64,000 nt of DNA from an uncultured Planctomycetota bacterium (GCA_963818245.1 CAWFSD010000003.1:14492-78491); one strand, 5' to 3'. Counted from the stretch's first letter, positions 26,934 through 37,835 are shown. Notes: a model not told the origin generated them from the letters alone. Translations and numbers: made by a program.

Positions 26934-27977
26934 TGATCCACCCGCCCCGCGCGCGCCGTGGCGCCGTGCTCATCCTGGTGGCCGGCATCGCCGCCCTGCT
27001 GATCAGCATCTCGCTGGCCTTCCTCACGCGCATGCGCAGCGACGCCGAGGAGACCGTGCTGACCATGCGCGAGACCCAGGCGCGGCTGATGCTCTCGGCG
27101 GCGTGCAACTACATCCTCGAGGCGTCGCGCCTGGGGTGGGAGACGCCGCCGCCCCCCGGACTGGTCCCGCCCGATGCGCCGCCCTCCGCCCATCAGGAGG
27201 CCTTCGGCTGGATCGATGTCCGCGACGGCAAGGTCGGTCCGCGGCTGGCGAACGAGGAAGCGCTTCCCACCACTCCGGAGCGGCCGCTGGGCGACAGCGT
27301 GCACTTCCCCTTCTATCATGGGTTCCGCTTCCCGATGTACGTCCGGGAGCGCCCGCCATACGCGATCCGGCTCGACGCGGTCTACAACCCCATCGCCGCG
27401 AGCGGGCCCGACGAGGGGCTGCCCTGGCTGATCAACCCGGACCCCCAGCCGCTGGCCAGCAACCGCTGGAGCGGCAGTCGACCACACCGTGAGCCCGTCG
27501 GTGAGCGACTGGAACGACTACAAGACCGGTGATCCCCGGCCGCGGATCCGCACCACGGGCCGGGCCTGGTTCCGGCTGTGGCGGGATGGTCCGGCGACCT
27601 TCGTCGTGACCTGCGGTGCCGGTGGCACCCTGGGCTATCGCCTGCGCGACTGGCTCGCCGTCGATCCGGTGACCCACCAGCGGATCATGAGCGCCGCGGA
27701 TCGGGCGCAGTTCAGCGATGACTACGAGACCTTCCGCGACCTCGATGCGCAGGAGGTCCGCTTCTGGTACCGCGTCGAGTGGAGCGCGGCCGTGCTCGCC
27801 CTCGATTACCACAACCTCGACCACGAGCTGGGCACCGACCGCGACCACTACATGAGCTGGCCGCCCAACGCCAGCCACACCTGGCGCCACAGCCGGCGGA
27901 CCCAGATGCACGCCAAGAACATGGTCGGCACGATCAGTTACGTCCAGCGCCTGGTCACCGAGCCGACCAACTGGTGA
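26933..27977 (+). CDS. PilX/GspK-like minor pseudopilin (apparent frameshift at ~27475)
   Basis: RRG^AVLILVAGIAALLISISLAFL lacks E5, as PilX/GspK do. Coding-like sequence continues in the 27489-27977 frame. Confidence 0.75.
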
Positions 27978-28049
27978 GCGTGATGCAGGGCGGCCGGCCC
28001 GCGGCCACCCCGCGGTCGCCGTTTTGCCCCGCCCTGCTAGCATCCCTGC

Positions 28050-28886
28050 ATGACCAGCGAGGGCGCCGTCCTGCGGCCACCGATCACCGCGCAGCAGACT
28101 CCGCGCGACATCCACTGCCGCATCCTCTACGCCGACCAGGTGACGATCGACACCTGGTGGGACGTCAGCCTGCGCAACCCCTTCTGGCGCCTGTACCGCA
28201 ACGACAAGGACGGGGCCTCGATCAGCACCCCGACGGGGCTGGTGGCGCTGCCGGCGGGTGAACTGGTGCTGGTGCCGGCCTGGGGGCGCTTCCAGGGCGT
28301 CTGCCACGCGCCGATCGGGCACTTCTACGTGCACTTCGACCCGGTGGGCCTGCGCGGCGACTGGGACCGCGGCTGCCTGGAGCGGCCCTTCGTGCTGGCG
28401 CCGGACGCGGCGCGCGCCGCCCGCGTCGACCGCCTGCGCAGCCGCATCACCGACACCGCGGTGTGGCGCCTGGGCATGCAGGCGCTGCTGCTCGACTGCC
28501 TGGCGGCGGTCGCCGAGGGCCTGCCCGAGGCCGCCCGCACCCGCCTCGACCAGCACCTCGCCAGCGACGACCCGCTCGCCGCCGCGCTCGGCCACATCGA
28601 GCGCAACCTCGCCGGCCGCCTGAGCATCGAGGAGCTGGCGCGGCTGTGCGCCGTCAGCCCCGACCACTTCGCGCGGCTGTTCCGCGCGCGCTCCGGCAAG
28701 ACGCCCAGCCGCTACATCCAGGAGCGCCGCGTCGCCATCGCCGCCGAGCGCCTGATCTCGAGCGAGGACGACATCGCCGGGATCTCGACCGCCACCGGGT
28801 TCGCGAACCGCTTCCACTTCACGCGGGTGTTCACGCGCTTGATGGGCGTGCCGCCGGCGACCTATCGGAGGACGGGAAGGGTGTAG
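28050..28886 (+). CDS. AraC family transcriptional regulator
   Basis: LSIEELARLCAVSPDHFARLFR...GFANRFHFTRVFTRLMGVPPATYR. Confidence 0.95.
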   Translation: MTSEGAVLRPPITAQQTPRDIHCRILYADQVTIDTWWDVSLRNPFWRLYRNDKDGASISTPTGLVALPAGELVLVPAWGRFQGVCHAPIGHFYVHFDPVGLRGDWDRGCLERPFVLAPDAARAARVDRLRSRITDTAVWRLGMQALLLDCLAAVAEGLPEAARTRLDQHLASDDPLAAALGHIERNLAGRLSIEELARLCAVSPDHFARLFRARSGKTPSRYIQERRVAIAAERLISSEDDIAGISTATGFANRFHFTRVFTRLMGVPPATYRRTGRV

Positions 28887-28965
28887 GCGCGAGGGGCGAG
28901 GCGTAGGACACCTGGACGGGAGCGGGCGGCAAGCGGTCACGCGTCATGCCTGCGGGACGGTCGAT

Positions 28966-29487
28966 GAGCCCGCGGAGCGGGCGGCACATCGTAGCCCAGG
29001 GCCACTGCCCTGGGTCGATTTATCAGATTATGAGCATCGGAGCCCGCGGAGCGGGCGGCACAGGCTCAACGCGGTGTTGACTCGAACCGCGTATGAAAGC
29101 ATTTGGCCTGAGATGGGCAGGTTTCCAGCGGTCCGGCGATCCGCACCTCAGAGGCGATTGAGCTTTTTAAGACGTCACGCCTGTGTCGCCCACTCCGTGG
29201 GCTTGTGCGTTCGTTGATTCGGGAACCCGGGGCAGGGGCCCTACCCGTTACCCACAAGTCCCCTCGTTCCCGCCCTGGATGTCAGCGATTTCGGCTGAAA
29301 TCTGCGAAATCTCCCCAATCTCCCCAAATCTTGCGGATTCTTCTTCTGAAGACTCGCAGAAGAATCCGCAGATTTGGGGAGATTTGGGGAGATTCAACCG
29401 GGTTTGATCACATCCACGGCGGTGAGTTGTGGGTAATGAGCAGGGCAGGGGCCCTGGGCTACGATGTGCCGCCCGCTCCGCGGGCTC
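28966..29487. mobile_element. Palindromic REP/MITE family A (IS200/Y1-transposase-end-like); right arm interrupted by family B
   Basis: GAGCCCGCGGAGCGGGCGGC and TAGCCCAGGGC..GCCCTGGG units at 28966-29062 are mirrored at 29183-29242 and 29443-29487. Confidence 0.75.
29239..29445. mobile_element. MITE family B copy 1 with terminal inverted repeats and target duplication
   Basis: Imperfect 19-bp TIR CCCTACCCGTTACCCACAA / TTGTGGGTAATGAGCAGGG. CAGGGG is duplicated at 29233-29238 and 29446-29451. Long internal palindrome. Confidence 0.75.
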
Positions 29488-29594
29488 ATCGCTCGGAATT
29501 CGCGCATCGATTCCGCGCTCTGGGCGGCTCAGCATTTCCCTCATCCCGATATCCCGACCCGGCATCGCTCGTACCTGGTACTGGCCTCAGCCCG

Positions 29595-30734
29595 CTACTC
29601 CCCCGCCTCCGCCCGCAGCTTCAGGAACTCATCCTCGCTCAGCCAGCTCGGCCGACGCAGGCTGGGGCCGTCGGTCAGGGCGAGCTTCGAGCGCTGCTCG
29701 GCGCTCAGCGCCTGCGCTGTGGGCGCGCCGCCGGCGCGCAGGGTCGCCCACAGCGCGGCCACGGCGGCGGTGAGGGGGGCTTCGATGCGCACGGTGCGGC
29801 GCTCGACCGGGTGCGGGAATTCCAGCACCGCGGCGTGCAGCGCCTGGCCGGGAAGCTCGGCGCAGGCGTGGCCGTAGACCCAGTCGCCGACCAGCGCGTG
29901 GCCGTGGTGGCTGGCGTGCACGCGGATCTGGTGCTGGCGGCCGGTGTGCAGGACCAGGCGCAGCAGCGCATAGGCACCCGGGCCGGCGCCGTCCGGGGCG
30001 GTCTCGAGGACGTGGTACTCCGTGTGGCACTCCTGGCCGTCGGCGCGCACCACGCGCGCGATGCTGGCGCCGTCGCCCTCGCCCATGGGGTCGCGCCAGT
30101 CGCCGTCCCGCGGCGCGGGCACGCCGTGGCAGATGGCGCGGTACTCCTTGTGCAGGTCGCGCGCCTCCATCGCCTGGCTGAGGCGCACGTGCGCGGCCTC
30201 GTCCAGCGACAGCAGCACGATGCCCGAGGTGTCGCGGTCGATGCGGTTGACCAGGCGCACCGCGCGCGGGTCCTGGCCGCGCGCCTCCTGGCGGTCCTGG
30301 GCCTGGTTGAGCAGCGTGCCGGTCATGGTGCGCCCGGCCTGGTGCGCGAGCTGGCCGGGCGGCTTGTTGCACACCATCAGCCAGGCGTCCTCGTAGAGCA
30401 CCGCCAGCGCGTTCTCCGCCGGCGCGTCCGCGTCGCGCTCCGGCAGCGGCGCCTCGAGCACGATGCGCTGGCCGGGGCGCAGCTTGACGCGCTCGTGCAC
30501 CGGCGCGCCATCGACGCTGGCGCAGCCGCGCTCGACCCAGCGCAGCACCAGCGAGCGGCTGATGGTCGGCAGCAGCGCCGCCAGGTACTTGTCCAGCCGC
30601 CAGCCCTGGCCGTGGTTGCGCCCGACGGCGAAGCGCAGGATGCGGTGCGTGCCGGTGAGGACGCGCTCGACCGGGACCTCGTTGCGGATGGCTTCGGCCT
30701 CGTCCGAGGTGGCTGCGGTGGGGTCGTCGGCCAT
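29595..30734 (-). CDS. RluA/RluD family pseudouridine synthase
   Basis: S4-like RLDKYLA, plus NKPPG, VNRIDRDTSG and LHTGRQHQIRVH. Confidence 0.93.
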   Translation of the reverse strand: MADDPTAATSDEAEAIRNEVPVERVLTGTHRILRFAVGRNHGQGWRLDKYLAALLPTISRSLVLRWVERGCASVDGAPVHERVKLRPGQRIVLEAPLPERDADAPAENALAVLYEDAWLMVCNKPPGQLAHQAGRTMTGTLLNQAQDRQEARGQDPRAVRLVNRIDRDTSGIVLLSLDEAAHVRLSQAMEARDLHKEYRAICHGVPAPRDGDWRDPMGEGDGASIARVVRADGQECHTEYHVLETAPDGAGPGAYALLRLVLHTGRQHQIRVHASHHGHALVGDWVYGHACAELPGQALHAAVLEFPHPVERRTVRIEAPLTAAVAALWATLRAGGAPTAQALSAEQRSKLALTDGPSLRRPSWLSEDEFLKLRAEAGE

Positions 30735-30966
30735 GGCCGGCGCAGCGTAGGGCGCGTCGGGCGGCAGCCAAAGCATATGGGGGGAGGCCCTGCGGGCAGG
30801 TCGCGCGGCAGCGAGGCCGAGGTCGTCGAGGACTGCCAGTGTTCCAGCGGGTTCGCTGCTCGGCGCTCGCTCCGACGACTCGCCATGGCTCGATACATGA
30901 ACCGGTCCCGAGCGGCTCCCCAGAACAAGCCTTGCCGCCTTTGACCAGTCGCGCGGTGCGAGGACC

Positions 30967-31875
30967 ATGGGCGGGAGTGAACCCCGCCGCCCCATCCCCT
31001 GCGCCCTTGGCCTATCCGCCACCATCCCGACCCTGCAGCCGGGCGAGGGGCTGGGCAGCGACGGCGCGGCGGCGGCGGCCTACCGCATCACCGGACTGAT
31101 CGGCTGCGGCGGGTCGGGACGCGTGTACCGCGCCCAGGCGCTCGCGGACGGGCGCGCCCTGGCGCTCAAGCTGCCGCGCACCTGGGAATGCGCGGAAGAC
31201 CTGTTCCACGAGGCGCGCTACGCCGGCGGCGCCGACCTGCCGCACCTCGCCGCCATCCGCCGCGTCGATCACGCCTGGCGCGCCGGGCTCGGCCTCGACC
31301 TGCCCTTCCTGGTCATGGACGCCTACCGCTCCAGCCTCTACCAGCGCCTGCTCGCCGGGGTGCCACCGCGCGCGCAGGCGGTGCGCTGGATCCGCGAGGC
31401 GGCCCTGGCGCTGCAGGCGAGCGGCCTGGTGCACCGCGACCTCAAGCCCGAGAACCTGCTGCTCGATGACCACGACCGCCTGCACGTCAGCGACTTCGGC
31501 GTCGCCATCCCGGTCAACCCGTTCGTGCGCGGCCGCGCCGGCATCACCATCGCCGGCGTGGTCGGCACCGCCATCTACCTCAGCCCCGAGCAGATCTACG
31601 AGGCCGACGACATCGACCAGCGCGCCGACATCTACGCGCTCGGCCTGGTGCTCGCCGAGTTGATCACCGGCGTGCCGGCGCAGCCGCGCTTCACCGGCTC
31701 GCGCGACCAGGGCCACTACCTCGAACGCCTGCTCGAGCACGAGGTCGATTGGCGTGGCCTGCCCGATCCCGCGCTCGCGGGGATCGTCCGCCACTGCACC
31801 GCCAAGGCGCGGCGCGACCGCTATCCGGATTATTGGGCGCTGCTCGCGGACCTGGACGCGTACGCAGGAACGTGA
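30967..31875 (+). CDS. Soluble Hanks-type Ser/Thr protein kinase
   Basis: Motifs IGCGGSGRVY, ALK, HRDLKPEN, DFG, GTAIYLSPE and DIYALG. Confidence 0.9.
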   Translation: MGGSEPRRPIPCALGLSATIPTLQPGEGLGSDGAAAAAYRITGLIGCGGSGRVYRAQALADGRALALKLPRTWECAEDLFHEARYAGGADLPHLAAIRRVDHAWRAGLGLDLPFLVMDAYRSSLYQRLLAGVPPRAQAVRWIREAALALQASGLVHRDLKPENLLLDDHDRLHVSDFGVAIPVNPFVRGRAGITIAGVVGTAIYLSPEQIYEADDIDQRADIYALGLVLAELITGVPAQPRFTGSRDQGHYLERLLEHEVDWRGLPDPALAGIVRHCTAKARRDRYPDYWALLADLDAYAGT

Positions 31876-31885
31876 GGCGATTCCC

Positions 31886-32479
31886 TCAGGCCTTGCCGAC
31901 CAGCTTCGCCAGGGTCGGGAACACGCGTGCCAGGCGGCGCACGGTATGCGGCCGCGGCAGGTACTTGCCACCCTTGCTCAGCGACAGCACGGTCAGGTAG
32001 GACACGCCGCTCTTCTGGGCGATGGCGCGCGCCGACAGGCCGCTCTTCTGGATGGCGGTGGTGATCACCGGCAGGACCTGCGAGCGCTGCTTCTCGTGGT
32101 TCTCGGCGCGATCCTGCAGGCCGGCCTCGACGGCCTTCACCAGGCGGCGCTCCCAGGGGCGGGCGTCGCCTTCGCTGATGGCGCGGCGCGCGACCACCAC
32201 CAGGTGGTTGACCTCGGCGGACTTCACGTCGAGCTTCTCGGCGATGCGCTCGCGGGTCAGGCCCTGGGTGAACAGGGGCACGGCGAGGCCGGCGATGCGC
32301 TCGCGCTCGGCGTCGAGGGCCTGCAGGTAGGGCGGCTCGCCCTCCTGGGCGAGGATCTGGCGCACGCGCTCGCGCGTCAGGCCATAGGCGCGGCCGATCT
32401 CGGCGCAGTTGAGTCCGTCCTCGTGGTAGAGGCGGGCCATCTCCTTGTTGCGGGAGGCGACGGTCTCGGAAGTGGGCAT
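31886..32479 (-). CDS. Multi-HTH DNA-binding protein (sigma-70 region 4-like HTH plus XRE-like HTH)
   Basis: GLNCAEIGRAYGLTRERVRQIL; GLTRERIAEKLDV; KSGLSARAIAQKSGVSYLTVLSL. Confidence 0.8.
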   Translation of the reverse strand: MPTSETVASRNKEMARLYHEDGLNCAEIGRAYGLTRERVRQILAQEGEPPYLQALDAERERIAGLAVPLFTQGLTRERIAEKLDVKSAEVNHLVVVARRAISEGDARPWERRLVKAVEAGLQDRAENHEKQRSQVLPVITTAIQKSGLSARAIAQKSGVSYLTVLSLSKGGKYLPRPHTVRRLARVFPTLAKLVGKA

Positions 32480-32736
32480 CGCGGTGGTCCTCGCGGGGCG
32501 GTTTTCGGGGCGTCGCCAAGCGTCAAGCCGGCGCGCGGAGGCCGCGGGCGCCCCTGATTTGACGCATGCTAGCGGGTTTTGCCCAGATGGCAGGATTTAC
32601 TGGTGGATGATTCACTCGTTGCACGGCTCGAGGTCTGAGGGGAAGCGGCGTTGTCCGCGGCGGCATGCCTGCCAGTGCGGCAGAATCCTGCAATTACTCA
32701 CTTGAATATGCCGGCACGCGCGCAGGTTGGACGGTC

Positions 32737-33186
32737 ATGACAGCAAAAAGCCCGCTGGCAACCGCGCTCCTGCGTCGCATCGACGAAGCCGGTCTCGCCT
32801 CCCATTCCGCAGCCGCCGAGCAGATCGGCATCACTCCGGCCTCGCTGCGCGCCGTCCTGAAGCAGGGTCGCCGGCCCAACCGCCGCACCTTCCCCGCCTA
32901 CGCGCGCTTCCTCGGCATCGAGGAGTCGGCGGTGCGCGACCTCGTCGATCCGCCGGAAGAACAGGCCCAGGATGGGGCGCTGGAACGGCGCGGCCGACCC
33001 GCCTTCGCGCTGCCTGGGCGCGTGCTCGAGCGCCTGCGCGCGCTCGACGCGGACGAGCTCGACATGGTCGGCGATTTCGCCGCCTGGCTGGTGCGGCGCC
33101 GGCCGAGCCCCGGCACCCCGGTGCCCGCGCCGCGGCGGCGCGGGACCTCGCGGTTCCGGCGCGCCCGGCGCATCGGCGGGCTTTAG
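32737..33186 (+). CDS. XRE-like HTH protein, divergent from the previous gene
   Basis: GLASHSAAAEQIGITPASLRAVLKQGRRPNRRTFPAYARFLG. Confidence 0.65.
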   Translation: MTAKSPLATALLRRIDEAGLASHSAAAEQIGITPASLRAVLKQGRRPNRRTFPAYARFLGIEESAVRDLVDPPEEQAQDGALERRGRPAFALPGRVLERLRALDADELDMVGDFAAWLVRRRPSPGTPVPAPRRRGTSRFRRARRIGGL

Positions 33187-33510
33187 ATGTTCGGTCGGGG
33201 GCTGCGGCCCCCCAGCAACGCCCTTCGGGCTGCCCCCCGAGAGAGAAGGAACGGCCTTGGGTGGGATGCTGGGGCATCCTCGTGTACCTATTCGGCGTGG
33301 GCTGCATTGCTATCCACGGGTTGACCGAGCGGGTTGGTGGCGGTCGACGACCATGGGCGTTGCGGCAACCTTGCTGCTGGGGGCGTGGTCGGGTTTGACT
33401 CGTCGCGGGATGGGAAAAGGATCACTGGGCGGGTCGGCCGCGGAACCAGGTGTGGTCTGGCCACCTTCATTCGAGACCCTGATGCGGGTGTACCGCCTGC
33501 TGGAGCGCCC

Positions 33511-34437
33511 ATGCGACGCCGCCTTCCGACCATGATCCTGCTCACCCTGGTCGCGCTCGTGGCCGCGACGCCAGCACGCGCGGCGGATGAGGACTGGCAC
33601 CAGGTCAGCGACTTCCCGGCCGTGGGGCTGCACGCCTTCGGCACCACCGTGGTGGCATGGGACCAGGTGCGCTACGCGGTGTCGGTGGATGGCGGGCAGT
33701 CGTGGTCGAACGCGGTCGCCATCGCCAGCGGGGGACTGGCCCAGGGCCAGCCGCTGGCGGTGCACCAGGCGGTGGTCGCGGCCAGCGGACCGGTGGTGCT
33801 CGCCCAGACCGGCGTGGCGCTGGGCGTCGGCGGCGGCCGGACCGCGCCGCTCGGCCTGCCGGTGGCCAGCGCGCTCGCCGTCGATGGCGCCGGCCGGCTG
33901 TGGCTCGAGGGCGTCGACGGCACCATCTCGGTCGTCGACGGGGTGGTGCGGCCGGTGGGCAAGGGCCGCATCTACCGCGCCTGCGATGGCGGCGTGCTCG
34001 CTCAGACCGGCGGCAAGGACCTGGTGCTGCTGACTCCGGCGGGCGCGCAGAAGGTCGAGACCCAGACCGATCAGCTGCCGCCGGTTTTCCAGCTCGCGCC
34101 GCTGACCGGCAAGGGCGGCGATCGCTGGGTGACCAAGGCGGGGGCGAGCTGGACCCTGGCCCACGGCAAGGTCGCCAGCACCTCCGACCGCCCGGTGAAG
34201 ATCCTCAGCTACGGCTTCGCCGCGGACGGCTACCACGACCTGGTGGTGTGGAAGGGCCTGCAGATCAGCTTCCTCAACCACGGCGCGCTCGCCCCGCAGC
34301 GCCGCACCCGCCACCTGCCCCCGACCACCACCCTGCTCGGCATGACCGCCGACCGCTTCGTCGCCGCGACGCCGGATGGGCTGTGGACGGTGTCGATCGA
34401 GCCGACCGACGCGCCGGGTCCGTCGCCGACGAAGTGA
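33511..34437 (+). CDS. Secreted beta-rich (propeller-like) protein
   Basis: Signal peptide ending ARA^A; Asp-box-like SVDGGQSWS. Confidence 0.7.
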   Translation: MRRRLPTMILLTLVALVAATPARAADEDWHQVSDFPAVGLHAFGTTVVAWDQVRYAVSVDGGQSWSNAVAIASGGLAQGQPLAVHQAVVAASGPVVLAQTGVALGVGGGRTAPLGLPVASALAVDGAGRLWLEGVDGTISVVDGVVRPVGKGRIYRACDGGVLAQTGGKDLVLLTPAGAQKVETQTDQLPPVFQLAPLTGKGGDRWVTKAGASWTLAHGKVASTSDRPVKILSYGFAADGYHDLVVWKGLQISFLNHGALAPQRRTRHLPPTTTLLGMTADRFVAATPDGLWTVSIEPTDAPGPSPTK

Positions 34438-34461
34438 CCTGCCTCGGCTGCGGTCGCACTG

Positions 34462-34592
34462 GGCTGGAGTCTGCGAAATCTCTCCAAATCTCTCCAAATC
34501 TCTCCAAATTTGCGGATTCTTTGGCGGGTTCTTCGAAGCGTCCGCAGATGTGGGGAGATTTCGCAGATGGGAAGGGAATCGATGGATGTGGG
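34462..34592. repeat. Palindromic family B copy 2
   Basis: TCTGCGAAATCTCTCC(AAATCTCTCC)2...GCGGATTCTT...TCCGCAGATGTGGGGAGATTTCGCAGA. Confidence 0.8.
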
Positions 34593-34696
34593 CGGCAGGT
34601 AGGACTCCACCGAGCCCCTGGAATCGGTAAGCCGAGTTTCGTCATCAGCCACCCGTTTCCTGGTGACCCAGCTGCCTGCGCGCGTACGCTGCGACC

Positions 34697-35525
34697 ATGG
34701 ACCCCTTCCTGCACGCGCTGATCGCCATGCCCACCGCGATCTGGTCCGGTCTGCTGGCGCTGGTGGTGCTGTACTGGCTGTCGGTGATCGTCGGCGCGCT
34801 CGATCTCGACCTGCTGCACCTGGGTGGCCACGGCCATCTCGACGCCGGGCACGGGGGCGTCGGGCATGGCGGGGCCGGCCACGGCGGCCACGTGGCCCAC
34901 GGCGGCGCGGCGGGCCACGGCCACGCCACCGCGGTCGGCGGCCACGAGGCCCACGGCCTCTTCGAGTTCCTCTCGCTCGGCCAGGTGCCGGTCACCATCA
35001 CCGCCACGGGCATCGTCTTCCTCGCCTGGCTGCAGGCCATGGCGCTCGACCTGGGCCTGCGCTCCACGCTCGAGCCGGTGCTCGGCCACCTGCCGTTCGC
35101 GCTGCTGCTCGCCGCGGTCGCTCGTCCCGGCGGTGGTCCTCACCGCCCACGCGGTGCGGCCGCTGCGCCGGGTCTTCGAGACCCACGACGAGCACGGCGA
35201 GGGCTCGCTGGTCGGCCGCCCGGTGCGCATCACGTCGCTCGCGGTCGACCAGGGTTTCGGCACCGCGGCGGTGCAGGCGCAGGGGCCGGAACTGCTCCTC
35301 AACGTGGTGTGCCGCGAGGGCGTGCGCCTCGCCAAGCACGACATGGCGGTGGTCGTCGAGTTCCTGCCGGACCGCGCAGTGTACGTGGTCGCGCCGTACG
35401 CGCACCTGGAACCGGACGCCCTGGGCGCTCCGCTCCGCCCCCCGGCGGGTGGCGATGCGGCCGCTGGACCGCCGGCCGCGGCGGGACCGGTTTCGCTGGA
35501 AAGCCGCCGCGCCCCGCCACAGTGA
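34697..35525 (+). CDS. YqiJ/NfeD-like membrane protein with C-terminal OB-fold and His/Gly-rich loop (apparent frameshift at ~35120)
   Basis: PTAIWSGLLALVVLYWL..GALDLD and LSLGQVPVTI; the second frame gives RPLRRVF..SLVGRPVRITSLAVDQGFGTA. Lies upstream of the flotillin. Confidence 0.75.
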
Positions 35526-35581
35526 CGGTTCCTGCCCTGCGCGCTACCCGCGCATGGCAGGAACCACCCCGGAGCGCAGCC

Positions 35582-37673
35582 ATGGCTGATATCATCACCG
35601 TCGCCGACGGCACCACCAACATGCTCATCCTCGGCGGCGCCGCGGTCGCGGTCGCCGGGGTCGTCGGCCTGGGCATGCTGATCATGATCAAGAGCTGCTA
35701 CCGCAAGGTCGACCAGGGCTTCGCGATGATCGTCAACAAGCTGAAGAAGGAGCCCGACGTCACCTTCACCGGCGCGCTGATCATCCCGATCATCCACCGC
35801 GTCGAGATCATGGACATCTCGCTGAAGACCATCGAGGTCGACCGCCAGGGCGCCAACGGCCTGATCTGCTCGGACAACATCCGCGCCGACATCAAGGTGA
35901 CCTTCTTCGTGCGCGTCAACAAGACCACCGAGGACGTGCTCAAGGTCGCCGGCGCGGTCGGCGTGGTGCGCGCCAGCGACCGCGGCACCCTCGAGGAGCT
36001 CTTCCAGGCGAAGTTCTCCGAGGCGCTCAAGACCGTCGGCAAGAAGATGAACTTCATCGACCTGTACAACGAGCGCGACCAGTTCAAGGACCAGATCGTG
36101 CGCATCATCGGCCGCGACCTCAACGGCTACAGCCTGGAGGACGCGGCGATCGACTTCCTCGAGCAGACGCCCGCTCAAGCTGCTCGATCCCGACAACATC
36201 CTCGACAGCGAGGGGCGCAAGAAGATCATCGACCTGACCACCCAGCAGCGCATCAAGGCCAACGAGATCCAGCGCGAGGGCGAGAAGATCATCAAGAAGC
36301 AGGACGTCGAGACCCGCGAGGTGCTGCTGGCGCTCGAGCGCCAGCAGGCCGAGGCCGAGGCCAAGCAGCGCCGCGAGATCGCCACCACCCAGGCGCGCGA
36401 GACCGCGGAGCAGCAGAAGGTCCAGTTCGAGGAGCACAAGCGCGCCGAGGAGTCGCGCCTGTCGACCGAGCAGGAGCTCGGCATCCTGCGCGAGAACGCG
36501 CAGCGCGAGGTCGAGGTCGCCGCCAAGAACCGCGAGGGCGCGGTCGCCGTCGAGGGCGAGCGCATCGAGAAGAACCGCAAGCTCGAGGCCATCAACCGCG
36601 AGCGCGCGGTCGAGCTCGGCACCATCGAGAAGGAGAAGATCATCGCCGTCGAGCGCAAGAACATCGCCGAGGTCATCCGCGAGCGCGTCGCCGTCGAGAA
36701 GAAGGTCGCCGAGGAGGAGGAGCGCATCAAGGACGTGCGCGCGAGCATGGCCGCCAACCGCGAGAAGGAGGTGGCCGTCACCAAGGCCACGCAGGAGGCC
36801 GAGCAGTCGCGCATCAAGGCGGTCAAGGCGGCCGAGGCCGGCGAGCAGTCCGCGGCCTTCAGCGCGCGCCAGCAGCTGGTCCTGGCCGACGCCGACCTGA
36901 ACGCCGCCGAGAAGGGCGCGCAGGCCGCGGTGCGCCGCGCCGAGGGCCACCAGGCCGAGGCGGCCGCCGCCGGCCTGGCCCAGGCCAAGGTCAAGGAGGC
37001 CGACGCCATCGCCTCCGAGAAGCAGGGCCTGGCGCACGCCCGCGTGGCCGAGGCCGATTCCGAGGCGGCGCGCAAGCGCGGCCTGTTCGAGGTCGAGGTG
37101 CGGCAGGCCTCGGCGCGCGCCATCACCGAGGTCGGCCAGGCCGAGGCGTCGGCGGTCGAGCAGCGCATGCTCGCCGAGGCCAAGGGCCTGACCGAGAAGT
37201 CCGTGGCCATGGCCAAGCTCACCGGCGAGACGCGCGGCCACGAGGAGTTCCGCATGCGCCTCGAGAAGGGCGTCGAGATCGAGAAGCAGCGCATCGCCGG
37301 CGACGTGACCATCGCCGAGAGCCGCGCGCACGTGCTGGCCGAGTCGCTGAAGAACGCCAAGTTCGAGATCATCGGCGGCGACGGCCAGTTCTTCGACCGC
37401 TTCGTCAAGGCCATCGCCCTGGGCAAGGGCATCGACGCCACGGTGGCGTCCAGCGAGGTCATCCAGCACCTCGGCCACGAGTACCTGGAGGGCGGGCGCA
37501 GCCTGCCCGACGACCTCAAGGGCGCGCTCGCCGGCCTGGGCAGCAACGACCTCAAGAACCTGTCCCTGACCGCGGTGCTGCAGCGCATGCTGGCGGGCAA
37601 GGACCCGGCGAAGGTCGGGGCGCTGATGAAGCAGGCGCAGACGCTGGGGCTGCTCGATGGCGGCCGGGGGTGA
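35582..37673 (+). CDS. Flotillin / SPFH (YqiK-like) protein (apparent frameshift at ~36170)
   Basis: TM helix, then YRKVDQG, GLICSDNIRADIKVTFFVRVN, KFSEALKTVGK and DLNGYSLEDAAIDFLEQTP; LDPDNILD and a long AE-rich coiled coil follow in the next frame. Confidence 0.9.
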
Positions 37674-37835
37674 GCGCAGGCGCGCCTGCCACCGCCCGCA
37701 CGCTGCGGGCGGTGGCGCACCGGGCGTAAAACCGCCCGTAAGGCGGCGTCAGGACGGAGTCCTCGCCCGCTTCTCGCTTCTCGCTCGCTTCTCCAACTCG
37801 CTTCCCGCAACGTGACCACCCCCAGACACGCGCCG

